Part shown: positions 7,756 to 17,076 of the stretch, one piece after another
How positions within the stretch are numbered: the stretch's first letter is position 1
How the letters are laid out: every line of letters begins with the position of its first letter
Origin: Sulfolobales archaeon
GTDB lineage: Archaea; Thermoproteota; Thermoprotei_A; Sulfolobales; NBVN01
Assembly (NCBI GenBank): GCA_038841535.1
Contig: JAWBTQ010000015.1
Coordinates: 1-33,286 of the forward strand
Direction of reading: 5' to 3'
DNA length: 33,286 bases
Notes under the pieces: model-generated
Databases searched by the model: none
What the model saw: the letters and a program-made list of their open reading frames with translations, nothing else
What the model was told of the DNA's origin: nothing
Program-made: the position numbers and the translations under genes

Positions 7756-9269
7756 TGCCTACGGCCGAGATAACTCCTGCCTTCGGTATGGAGGCTCCCA
7801 TAGTTGCCATTGCCTTTGTCGCCATTCTGATCTTCGTGGGTTACTACTCGTATAAGAAAAGAGTTGGTGCTACCATATACGACTTCTTCTTAGCTAGTAG
7901 GCTCCTAGGCTACTTCGTCTTAGGTTTGAGTCTGTACGCAGCCCAGTACAGTGGGAACTCGTTCATAGGATACGCAGCACGTGGGTATAGGTCTGGCTTC
8001 GTATTCCTAATGTATCCGGCGTTTATGGTGACGATACTTCCGGTCCTACTCATAGTGGCCTCGAGGCTTATACCTATCTCGATTAACAGAAAGCTCACAC
8101 TACCCACAGACTACATCAGGGTCAGATTCGGGTACGGGGGTAGTAAGTCAGTTATCGAAGCCATATTAGCCCTGTCCCTAGTGTTCCTAGTTTGGGGCAC
8201 GTTTGTTCAGTTCTTTGAGCAAGCAATAGCTATGGGCTACCTAGGCGAAGTGATATCGGCTGGGATGTTTCCGTACATGTACATGGTCGTAGTATTCGTA
8301 GTCGGAGTCATCATATTCACTATTCTAGGAGGCTTTCGAGGTGCGGCCTTAGCCAATGCCGTAATGGGCTTAGTCATGCTACTTGGTCTAGTGGGGACTC
8401 TCGCAATGGTGTCTAAAGACTTTGGCAGTATATCTGACGCAGTAATGGTGCTAGCCAAGAGCAAGCCCTCCCTGATATCTACACCATCCACGACTACTGG
8501 TGTCATTAACTGGTTTAGTACGATAGCTTTGGTCGGGGTTGGTGCCCCTCTCTACATACACATCTTGCAGCACGTAATGGCGTCTAAAGACCCGTCAACG
8601 TTTAAGAGGACGTTCCTCTTCACTCCCTACTTCTACATACTAACGGCTACGTCCCTGCTCTTCATAGGTATAATCGGGGCCTCAGCTATACCGGGGCTTG
8701 GGACGATGGAGAGCGAGAGGATCGTGCCCCTGCTCGTAGTCAATGCTGCGGCTAAAGACCCGTACTCTAAGGTGTGGGGGTTGCTGTGGCTGATGGCCGT
8801 GCTCTCGGCGACTCTCTCTACTGCGGCGACTACCATCATCGCCATAAGTGTGACCGTAGTGCGAGAAGTATATAGAGCAGTAAGACCGGCAGCAACCGAG
8901 AGGGAAACTCTGCTAGTGAGCAGGATTATTCTCGCTCTCATCGCTCTACTGGCGATACCGATAGTCATAGAGCCTAGAGCCACTATATGGAGATGGACCG
9001 AAATAAAGTTCGAGGGACTCATCCAAGTATTTCCAGCCATAGTACTCTCTCTATATATACCGTGGGTAAACTCTAAGGGTGTTCTTAGCGGGATGATCGC
9101 GGGAGCCATAACGGCTTTAGCGCTTACGCTTTCTGGGACCGCAACAGTACAAGGAATTCATGCAGGTGTGATAGGGCTTATATTGAATACTGTAATCTGT
9201 CTTATTGTTAGTAGAGTTACTGTTAAGCCAGATGAGATAGCTTATGCTAAGACCTTACTCACTTCTTAA
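7755..9269 (+). CDS. Sodium:solute symporter family permease (PanF/PutP-like)
   Basis: DFFLASR.LG, SLYAAQYSGNSFIG, D....RF, LGGFRG, SATLST motifs; about 13 hydrophobic segments. Start is ATG 7755 or ACG 7761 rather than the ORF-track start at 7677. Confidence 0.92.
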   Translation: MPTAEITPAFGMEAPIVAIAFVAILIFVGYYSYKKRVGATIYDFFLASRLLGYFVLGLSLYAAQYSGNSFIGYAARGYRSGFVFLMYPAFMVTILPVLLIVASRLIPISINRKLTLPTDYIRVRFGYGGSKSVIEAILALSLVFLVWGTFVQFFEQAIAMGYLGEVISAGMFPYMYMVVVFVVGVIIFTILGGFRGAALANAVMGLVMLLGLVGTLAMVSKDFGSISDAVMVLAKSKPSLISTPSTTTGVINWFSTIALVGVGAPLYIHILQHVMASKDPSTFKRTFLFTPYFYILTATSLLFIGIIGASAIPGLGTMESERIVPLLVVNAAAKDPYSKVWGLLWLMAVLSATLSTAATTIIAISVTVVREVYRAVRPAATERETLLVSRIILALIALLAIPIVIEPRATIWRWTEIKFEGLIQVFPAIVLSLYIPWVNSKGVLSGMIAGAITALALTLSGTATVQGIHAGVIGLILNTVICLIVSRVTVKPDEIAYAKTLLTS

Positions 9270-9459
9270 GAGGGCTAGGTTTCTCCTCTAACGTGTTTTT
9301 AGGTGATACTTCCGTCTTTTCCGGAAGAAACGCCAATGGATGACTAGAGAACACTCTCAAGAGCTCTATATCACAGCACGCCCCGAGTAACCGTAAGCGC
9401 TACTATCCCACCGTTGTGCAAAGCTTAAAACTGTGGTGAAACTGAGAGCTGGGGAACGC

Positions 9460-11250
9460 ATGCCTCTATCGGTAGTTCGTGATATAGCTGAAGTTTCCTA
9501 TATAGTCAAGGCGGTAGCTTCCGTTCCTATATATACTGTGAAGGGTGTAGCCAGAGGAGGTTACCTAGTCTATAGCTCAACCGAGGAATACGCACATACT
9601 GTATATGCCTTAGACCTAAGCAGAGGATCTAGGAAGCTCATAGCACACGGTGTGGATTGGCAAGTCGTAGTACATAGGGACTCCAGTAGAGTCGTTTTCT
9701 TAAGGGACGTTGCTAGAGGCTTTGAGCTCTCAAGAGTCTTCTCCTTCGACCTCGAGAGAGATAGAGAAGAAGTAATCTCCAAAGACGTGGAACCTCAGAG
9801 GATAGTGGGTCTCGCATTCGACTGTGAGAGAGTCGCATGGTCGGGAGCCACTAAGGAGACAGCTGGAGTATACCTAGCCAAGTTAAGCGAGGGAAGAGTT
9901 GAGCGCGTAGCGGAGACTAAGGGCAGAGAGATCGTAAGCGACGTAAACTCCCGATATATTGTGGGCTACGGCTATATCAGGGGAGACCCCCTCTCAACAG
10001 AGCTTTTCAAAATAGACCTAGCTACAGGTGATCAGAAAACTTATACACCTCGTGAGGGCTCTACTAACCTCTCCCCGAGACTACGCTGGAACGAAGTCCT
10101 CTTCGCTAGCAACTTCGAGGATGGAGACAGATTTAGGCTCTACGTCTTGGACCTAGAATCCGGAGAGCTTAGGAGGGCGAAGCTGTCACACTCCGACATG
10201 GACGAGCTCGAACCAGTAGAGTTCGTTGACTACGGGTGGACTGAGGAAGGCCTTATCTGGGCTATAGCTAAAAGACGTGGCACCTCGAAGCTATTCCTAG
10301 ACGGAGCACTCATAGGCTTAGACTTTGGTTTCATATCCTCAGCCACAGTACACGGAAGGGAGGCCTACGTAGTCCACTCCTCTTTGTCGAAACCACCGAG
10401 CATCGTAGCTATAAACTTACTGAGCAAGTACCCGAAGGTGTTAGTGGAGGCTAGGCTTCCAGAGGATATCGAGAATAGGCTTGGCGAAGTAAGGCTTGTT
10501 GAGGTAGAATCGTACGACGGTCTCAAGATCCCAACTTACGTTCTTGAGTCTAGAGTAGCTCCAAAGCCAGGCCCTGCGGTGGTTTATCCACATGGCGGTC
10601 CCTGGAGTGAAGTCGAGGACTCATGGTGGTCTCTGTTAGCGGGGTTGGCAGCCTTAGGCTATCACGTTATAGCACCTAACTTCAGGGGCTCTACAGGCTA
10701 CGGTGAGAGGTTTAGACGCATGATCATAGGGGACCCGGGAGGTGCCGATGTAGAGGACGTAGTTGCGGCAAGAGATTGGGCCGTGGAAAGCGGTCTTAGC
10801 AGTGAGGGCCTCGTCTCGATAGTGGGCTACAGCTACGGGGGCTATATGAGCTTAATGCAGCTCACTAAAAAGCCGAAGCTGTGGAGGTGTGGTGTCGCTG
10901 GTGCGCCCGTCACAGACTGGGCTAAGATGTATGAATCGAGCGACCTACTCTATAAGACGTTTATAGAAGTCCTATTTGGCTCCAGAAAAGAGCTTTTCCC
11001 GGAAAGGTCTCCAGAAAGCTACGTCGAGAGCATCGAAGCCCCTCTGAGCATTATCCACCCGCAGAACGATTCGAGGACACCGGTTCAACCAGTTCTCGAA
11101 TTTGTTGAGAAGTTAGTTAGACTAGGCAAAAGCTTCGAGCTCCACATTCTGCCGGACGTGGGGCACTTAGCTATAATCGAAAGAGAGTCCTTAGCAAAGT
11201 TCCTGATGTACGTGGCAATATTCTTAGGGCGCTGCTATTCGAGCAACTAG
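9460..11250 (+). CDS. Acylaminoacyl peptidase (S9C serine peptidase, Aeropyrum AAP-like)
   Basis: HGGPW, PNFRGSTGYG, nucleophile GYSYGG, HPQNDSRTP (catalytic Asp), GH; N-terminal beta-propeller-like region. ATG 9460 preferred over GTG 9433. Confidence 0.92.
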   Translation: MPLSVVRDIAEVSYIVKAVASVPIYTVKGVARGGYLVYSSTEEYAHTVYALDLSRGSRKLIAHGVDWQVVVHRDSSRVVFLRDVARGFELSRVFSFDLERDREEVISKDVEPQRIVGLAFDCERVAWSGATKETAGVYLAKLSEGRVERVAETKGREIVSDVNSRYIVGYGYIRGDPLSTELFKIDLATGDQKTYTPREGSTNLSPRLRWNEVLFASNFEDGDRFRLYVLDLESGELRRAKLSHSDMDELEPVEFVDYGWTEEGLIWAIAKRRGTSKLFLDGALIGLDFGFISSATVHGREAYVVHSSLSKPPSIVAINLLSKYPKVLVEARLPEDIENRLGEVRLVEVESYDGLKIPTYVLESRVAPKPGPAVVYPHGGPWSEVEDSWWSLLAGLAALGYHVIAPNFRGSTGYGERFRRMIIGDPGGADVEDVVAARDWAVESGLSSEGLVSIVGYSYGGYMSLMQLTKKPKLWRCGVAGAPVTDWAKMYESSDLLYKTFIEVLFGSRKELFPERSPESYVESIEAPLSIIHPQNDSRTPVQPVLEFVEKLVRLGKSFELHILPDVGHLAIIERESLAKFLMYVAIFLGRCYSSN

Positions 11251-11422
11251 ACCAGTCCTAGCACCACCTACGAGCGTGTTCGAGATTTCGGAGTCCGTCA
11301 GCTCCAACTGAGAGAAAGGTGTTGGTACCGGTAAATAGGTCTTCTTGAGTTTTTAGAATCTTTGAGCTGCTTTTCAGTAAAGCAATAAAGCCCTACATCT
11401 ACTATTCTAAACGTTGCTAGTA

Positions 11423-11446
11423 GTTTAACAAAAAGTTTAACAAAAA
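11423..11446 (-). terminator. Tandem 12-bp repeat giving two U5 tracts; candidate archaeal terminator
   Basis: (GTTTAACAAAAA)x2 on plus; reads TTTTTGTTAAAC twice on minus, starting 28 nt after the stop at 11474. Confidence 0.5.
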
Positions 11447-11473
11447 CTCGGGGTAATTATAGAGGGAATGCTT

Positions 11474-13828
11474 CTATTTCTTCCTTACTGCGAAGGCTAT
11501 TGCTAACGATATTGCGGATAGAGCTACTGCAGCATACGAAAGCGATGCTGGACTCATAGCCCCTACTATCTCCGCAGTCCTAAGCGCAGCTTCCGTAGAG
11601 GTTAATGGGACTACTGGCGTCGTTATTTTAACCTCTGGTGCTGAGAGAGATATCACTGGAGGTGCGGCTATCTCGACTGGCGGTATGCCGGGGATCTCGA
11701 CAACTATAGGTGGTGGTCTCTCGATTACGGGTCCCACTGAAACAGGGGCAACAGCTCCGACCGTTAAGGTAGTAACGTACTTATTGTCTACAGACCATAG
11801 CATGATGGGTTGTTCAGCATATATCTCGACGGTATATGTACCAGCTCTGAGGCCGGGGATTGATACTTCATAGACTCCAGCACCAACATGAGTAACTGGG
11901 AGGCTGAGAGCTATGGGACCGACAAGCCTTACGGTAACAGACGCATTAGTAGCTCTATGGTCTAAGTAGTCTGTAAGAGTTACTGAAATCTTAAACGCTG
12001 AGCCCTCGCTAACGGTAGCCGGTACAGATACCGCAGCATAGTGGACTTTCCTCTCGGGGTGCCTGTAGAAGTACCACGGGTTCCACACCAGCTCTGAGTA
12101 AGCTACTTCCCTTAGCCTAACTAGAGCGAATGGTCCGTTACCGACCATAGCTGTCAAGCCGGGCGTTGTTGGGTGCGGTAGTGTTGACGGATCCTCTAGT
12201 GGATTGGGTAGCCTTTCAAATACGTGCTTTGGAAGTACTATGAAGAACTCGTATTCCGTTAGACTGTATAAGTCCATCCAGCCGTAATCTTCGAGGTATA
12301 CCTCGAGAGTAGTCTTGTTAATGGTTTTCATGTCTATTATCTTCTCGATGTGTGGACCGTAGTACCACCTAGTCTTCAACTCTTTGCCGAACTTCATTAT
12401 GGTGTAGACGTAGTCCTCCGCAGTCATTTCAACTCCATCCTGCCATTTGATACCGTCGAACAGTGTTATCGTGAGTTTGTAAACCTCTTTATTGCCGTAT
12501 TCAACCCTGTCTATTCTGTAGTTCTTTAAGAATATCGGTACGTACCCTAGGTAAATGTTTTCTGGTCTTACGAAGGTCAGGGGGTAGTATGCTTTAAGTA
12601 TGGCCTCACCTTCGGTACTCCAAATCCATGTTGCTGGGTGGTACGTGGTTATGTCTACCGTATGGTAGTACTTGAATGTGCCACCAAACTTCCTATCTTT
12701 GAACCTAATGTTCCACCACCAATAGACTGAGTAGACCACGGGCTCCTTTGCTGGTGGTGCGTATGTTAAAATTATTGAATCTCTATCGATCTCGCCATCT
12801 AAAGCCAGTATAGATACAGCACTATACGTGGGTATCCACGGAATTATCTCCCTAACTAGAATTTCTTGAGCTCTCCAACCGTACTCCATAGCCTCCTCCA
12901 TGTCCTTAGCTGAGTAGAACTTCTCAAGGATGGAATCTATCCTGGAGTCGTTGACTCTCCACTCGTTCCAGCCGCCCGGCCTGATCTCGCTACTGTGGAA
13001 GAAGTAGTAGAGAAGCGTTGGGTATCTGGTGAGCCCCCAGCCGATGATCCATGCTTGAGCGATATTTCCCGCTATGGCCGCGTCTAGTTCTCTGCTGCTG
13101 ACGGCCTTTATCGTTACTCTCAGTCCTATTGCTTCTGCTTCTGACTTTATGTACTGAGCTATCCACCAGTAGGTTGGTGATGTAGCTTCCGGTAGTGAGA
13201 GGATCTCGATCTCGACTAATCTACCTCCCTCTCTCGGGTCGCACCAAGCAGGTCTACCGTCAGGACCAGTACATGGTGTAAATATCTTCGCTAAGAGAGA
13301 CTTAGCCTTCTCAGGGTCGTACGGGTAAAGCTTCTCGAAGTCAGCATCCCAGTTAACCCAAGCACCGTGAGCGGGTGGAAGTAATGTAGAACACTTTACT
13401 GCCAACCCTCTGAGAGGAGACTCCGCGATTATCCTATCCCTATTCCATAAGTGGGCTAAAGCAGCCCTCAACTCGAAGTACTTAACTGGCCACAGCTGCA
13501 CATTGTAATGGAGACCTCCTGCCGTACTAAAACCTACAATGAAGAATACGTGAGCGTCAGGTCTGTTAGACCTTAGTCTTTCAAGGTGCATTGGAAGTAT
13601 TGCGATCATCGACAACTCTCTTGCTTCAAACGCCAGTAACCTCATAGTGTAGTCCTTCATAACAGTAAACGTTATTTTGTCTATGTACGGCCCATATCTG
13701 TACCAGTATTCGTCAAAGCTTGTTTGAGCTCGTACTGGTTGGGCTAACACTGGTGCTACTAGGCTTGAGAACATTATGCTAAGGGATATTACGAAGATTA
13801 TCGTTAAAGTTAACCGCGTGTATTTCAC
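11474..13828 (-). CDS. ABC transporter family-5 (peptide/nickel) substrate-binding protein, circularly permuted, with C-terminal beta-rich domain, Pro-rich linker and membrane anchor
   Basis: Signal peptide; GPYIDKITF, LRAALAHL.NR, YPYDPEKAK.LL, KWQDG..MTAED..YT, GNGPF motifs; C-terminal hydrophobic helix plus RKK. TTTATAAA at 13851-13858. Confidence 0.9.
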   Translation of the reverse strand: MKYTRLTLTIIFVISLSIMFSSLVAPVLAQPVRAQTSFDEYWYRYGPYIDKITFTVMKDYTMRLLAFEARELSMIAILPMHLERLRSNRPDAHVFFIVGFSTAGGLHYNVQLWPVKYFELRAALAHLWNRDRIIAESPLRGLAVKCSTLLPPAHGAWVNWDADFEKLYPYDPEKAKSLLAKIFTPCTGPDGRPAWCDPREGGRLVEIEILSLPEATSPTYWWIAQYIKSEAEAIGLRVTIKAVSSRELDAAIAGNIAQAWIIGWGLTRYPTLLYYFFHSSEIRPGGWNEWRVNDSRIDSILEKFYSAKDMEEAMEYGWRAQEILVREIIPWIPTYSAVSILALDGEIDRDSIILTYAPPAKEPVVYSVYWWWNIRFKDRKFGGTFKYYHTVDITTYHPATWIWSTEGEAILKAYYPLTFVRPENIYLGYVPIFLKNYRIDRVEYGNKEVYKLTITLFDGIKWQDGVEMTAEDYVYTIMKFGKELKTRWYYGPHIEKIIDMKTINKTTLEVYLEDYGWMDLYSLTEYEFFIVLPKHVFERLPNPLEDPSTLPHPTTPGLTAMVGNGPFALVRLREVAYSELVWNPWYFYRHPERKVHYAAVSVPATVSEGSAFKISVTLTDYLDHRATNASVTVRLVGPIALSLPVTHVGAGVYEVSIPGLRAGTYTVEIYAEQPIMLWSVDNKYVTTLTVGAVAPVSVGPVIERPPPIVVEIPGIPPVEIAAPPVISLSAPEVKITTPVVPLTSTEAALRTAEIVGAMSPASLSYAAVALSAISLAIAFAVRKK

Positions 13829-14598
13829 CGATAACGAGCTGGCGGCACTGTTTATAAACTTTTATCGTTTAAGCCCACATCGTATAGTAAGAAGATTAGC
13901 TGTGAAACAACGTGAGAAATGCGGCTTCTTTCTTGGAAAACGGGTAGTCCGAGCCTCCTTAACTCCTCATAAAGACCTAATGGTGTCCTGAGATGTCAGC
14001 AAAAGACCTTTCCATACTTCTCGCTCCTGCTTACCGGTATATAACCCCCTAGGTGGCTTCGTACGTGTTGTTAAGCGAAAGCTAAGGAATCGAGTGGGTA
14101 AATAGATGAAAAACGCAGCACGAACACGAGTCACAAGAATATTCGGGGTAACAAGCTTGATACAAGTAGGCCGAACTGAACGCACATGTGGGGAACTGCA
14201 AGAGTGTTGCGTAGCAGTGGGTACGCGGCAATACACCGCGAATGCCAGCTCCTTAGCTGGTTGGTGAATTATGTGTAAATGTATATCTAATGAAGTCTTT
14301 AAAAAGTCTTCGGAAGGCGGCTCTGCTTCTGAAAATAAAAACTTAGCTCAAAAGAGTAAAGAAGAGATAGGTCTTGCCGTCAGATGGAGGTGATGCCCCC
14401 GCACGAGGCGAAAAGGTTGCTCATACGTACGACCGTGTTAAACAGCGTGTCAGTGGTGAAAGCTTTTGTATGTGCGTGTACCCTGCTTTAGCGCTCTTCT
14501 GTTAAGCCATTGCCTAGTTACATAGCAGTCTGCTAGTAGATACACGTGTTCCTTGTATATAGCGTGTGCTACTGTGGCTACTGCTTCAGCTTCCTTAG

Positions 14599-14809
<211 letters not shown>

Positions 14810-14812
14810 TCC

Positions 14813-15808
14813 CTAGCTCTCGGTGGAGTCTTCGCTCTTTAGATGCTTTCTGGACTTCAGCGCTACTAAGTCGGGAGTGAGCTGGATGAAGTGCGTGCCT
14901 CGGTTGTGCTCGCGGGTTGATTCCCTCAACTCCCTCAGGACTCTGAGGACTCTGTACTCGAGCCTCTTCGTGTATAGCGCGAAGACTGCCATGAGTAGCG
15001 ATACGAACCCCACTCCACTCACAGTCACACCTATTACTGCCCATACGTGGTGCTTGACTCCCTCGATAAGGAGTTCGTAGGCTACGTAGCCGACTATGGC
15101 GGCTCCAGGGACTAGGGCTAGAGAGGATGCGAGGAAGAAGAGGAGTACTGGGTTGTGCTTGAGCATGAGCTCAACCGCGGTAAGGGCTATGCGGAGTCCG
15201 TGGATCTTCCTGAGCTTCGGCTTCCCAATCCTTTTCCTGTAGCTCACTTCTACCTCACCTATCCTACCACCAGTAGAGGCCACGTGAGCCGCTATCTCTA
15301 CCTCCACTGCGAATCCCTTACTCTCGAACCCCACCTCTCTCGCTACATCGGTCTTCAGCACGTAGAGGCCGGAGCAGACGTCCCTCAGCTTAGTCCCGAA
15401 GAGTAAGTTGAAGAGCCACGTTATGACGCTATTGCCGAATCTGTGGAGCTTAGGCATGTTAGTCCTATCTCTAACACCAATCACTTCATCGTACTCACCT
15501 AACTTCTCCAGCATCTTCCCGATGTCTCTAGGGTCGTACGTGTAGTCACCATCCATAACAACAACGTAGGGAGTCCTAACGTACTTCAGCCCCGTCCTCA
15601 CAGCGTCAGCCTTCCCCTTACCCTCTTGGTATATTACAGCAGCGTCAGCCTTCCTAGCGACCTCGGCAGTCCTATCTGTTGAGTGACCGTCAACAACTAG
15701 CACGTTTCTGTAGCCCTCGCTCACGAGCTCCCTCACTACCAGCCCTATCGCCCCCTCCTCGTTTAGTGCTGGTATCACTACCGTTACGTCGTCCTTAACT
15801 ACCGACAC
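14813..15808 (-). CDS. Family 2 glycosyltransferase, polyprenol-phosphate hexose synthase (DPM/DPG)-like, two C-terminal helices
   Basis: VVIPALNEE, VVDGHSTDRT, GKGKADA, MDGDYTY, D.CSG, F.VEVE, Y.KR.GK.KL. Confidence 0.93.
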   Translation of the reverse strand: MSVVKDDVTVVIPALNEEGAIGLVVRELVSEGYRNVLVVDGHSTDRTAEVARKADAAVIYQEGKGKADAVRTGLKYVRTPYVVVMDGDYTYDPRDIGKMLEKLGEYDEVIGVRDRTNMPKLHRFGNSVITWLFNLLFGTKLRDVCSGLYVLKTDVAREVGFESKGFAVEVEIAAHVASTGGRIGEVEVSYRKRIGKPKLRKIHGLRIALTAVELMLKHNPVLLFFLASSLALVPGAAIVGYVAYELLIEGVKHHVWAVIGVTVSGVGFVSLLMAVFALYTKRLEYRVLRVLRELRESTREHNRGTHFIQLTPDLVALKSRKHLKSEDSTES

Positions 15809-15827
15809 GGCCCCCTAGCCCAAGAAC

Positions 15828-16214
15828 TTAAACACTAGTGAGGTAGGAGACACCGAGGCGCAAGAGCCCCTCAACAGAGTCAAGCAAGTCCTGCAGATCA
15901 CTCCTCAGAGCCACGAGAGCGCCGTAAAGTAGGGCCCTACCCCTCAGAGTCTCGAGCTCGACGAGAAGAAATATCTCTCCAAGGATTCTACCCAGCACTT
16001 TCGACTTGACTACACCCCTCCAGACTGACGCAGCTCTTAGTAGAGCCCTAGGCTCGGGTATGAGGGACCTCCAGAACCTCACTCTAACTGCCTTCCTCAC
16101 GTAATACATAACCACATTGCCGCCGATTACCCTAGGGAGGAGCACCCTCTCTAAATGCCTTAAGACATCCTCGCCAGCTTTCCTAGGTAGGTGCGGGAGG
16201 GTCTGGGGACCCAT
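15828..16214 (-). CDS. Hypothetical basic protein, probably co-transcribed with the GT2 gene
   Basis: 128-aa Arg/Leu-rich ORF ending 19 nt before the GT2 start; TTTATAT on minus around 16252-16258. Confidence 0.7.
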   Translation of the reverse strand: MGPQTLPHLPRKAGEDVLRHLERVLLPRVIGGNVVMYYVRKAVRVRFWRSLIPEPRALLRAASVWRGVVKSKVLGRILGEIFLLVELETLRGRALLYGALVALRSDLQDLLDSVEGLLRLGVSYLTSV

Positions 16215-16625
16215 CAAAACGCGACTCCCTTAACTTTCCTCAAGCAAGGAAATATAAACTTTACCCTCACGACACCAAGCTGAAGATCCATGGACCCGGT
16301 ATTACTGCTCTTTACTAGCTTATCTAAGTCTACCATATCATCCGCCTCCCTCGAGAGACCTCATCCGCCGTCTAGAGCCCGGAGGCATCCCCCCACCGGT
16401 GAGCATAGTAAGGTCGGAGAAGGAGTCTTTAGGTTTACGGGCGCTGGAGGCATACTAAGGAGTGCGAGACCATCGAAAGAGCCTAACGCAACTGTTTCGG
16501 GTTTCATATCTGTTCATATTGGTTGATGTATATGGGAACTCTTATAGATGTCTCTAGAGCTTCATATAGCGGAAGTGGTCTCGATGAGGGATCGAGAGCC
16601 CCGGGAGACTCCCCCGAGTTACTAA

Positions 16626-16750
16626 AGATTTGGGGCGTCCGGGATCACTCTGGACGCCCCTAAGGGTGGAGCAGACCCAAGACCGATGCGGGGTAGCGAG
16701 GATGAGGCAATGAAATCAACAGATACAAACCAACACAGATGCTGAACCCC
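16626..16750 (+). mobile_element. tnpB: IS200/IS605 tnpB 3'-tail / omega-RNA-like remnant, copy 1
   Basis: Translates RFGASGITLDAPKGGADPRPMRGSEDEAMKSTDTNQHRC*; 9-bp stem GGGGCGTCC/GGACGCCCC at 16632-16660; alignable with copies 2 and 3. tnpB identity rests on homology to copy 2 and recalled archaeal TnpB tails. Confidence 0.6.
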
Positions 16751-16769
16751 TTAGGGGTTAGGTGTATAC

Positions 16770-16999
16770 ACTCCAAAACGTCGCTGGGGTTCCTTGAACG
16801 TAGGGGTAGGCTAGGAAGCGGGGACTGTAGAGTATTCTGCTGCGTTGGGTGTGGGTTCACAGGAAATGGGTATGTATCTACATGTTCTTAGAATACCCGA
16901 GGTGTGGGGGTTGCGAGATGTTCCTGAACGCCCGGGGGGTGAAGCGTGAGACAGGTGTAGAGAGCAAGAGTGAGGCAACGCTGTGCGGCTATATAAAGC
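16770..16999 (+). pseudogene. tnpB: Decayed tnpB C-terminal fragment (zinc ribbon plus tail), copy 2
   Basis: Reads ..GRLGSGDCRVFCCVGCGFTGN (F.C..CGF zinc knuckle) then, after a frameshift, CIYMFLEYPRCGG..LNA..EA..YI; 16900-16999 aligns with copy 1. Confidence 0.6.
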
Positions 17000-17027
17000 G
17001 TTTGGCATGGGTAGTGTCGTGTGGTGG

Positions 17028-17045
17028 AAAGCTATATAAAGCTTT
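17028..17045 (+). promoter_or_regulatory. TATA box of the peptide ABC operon embedded in an inverted repeat
   Basis: AAAGCT-ATATAA-AGCTTT with purine-rich GGAAA upstream; gene start at 17062/17077. Confidence 0.6.
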
Positions 17046-17076
17046 CGAAGCGCAGATCTGATTGAAGGTTGTAAAG

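Noticed and set aside
4811-9109. Antisense ORFs 4811-5308, 6003-6431, 8237-8506, 8633-9109 and similar ones later in the window
   Set aside because: They lie opposite or inside well-supported genes and show no motifs.
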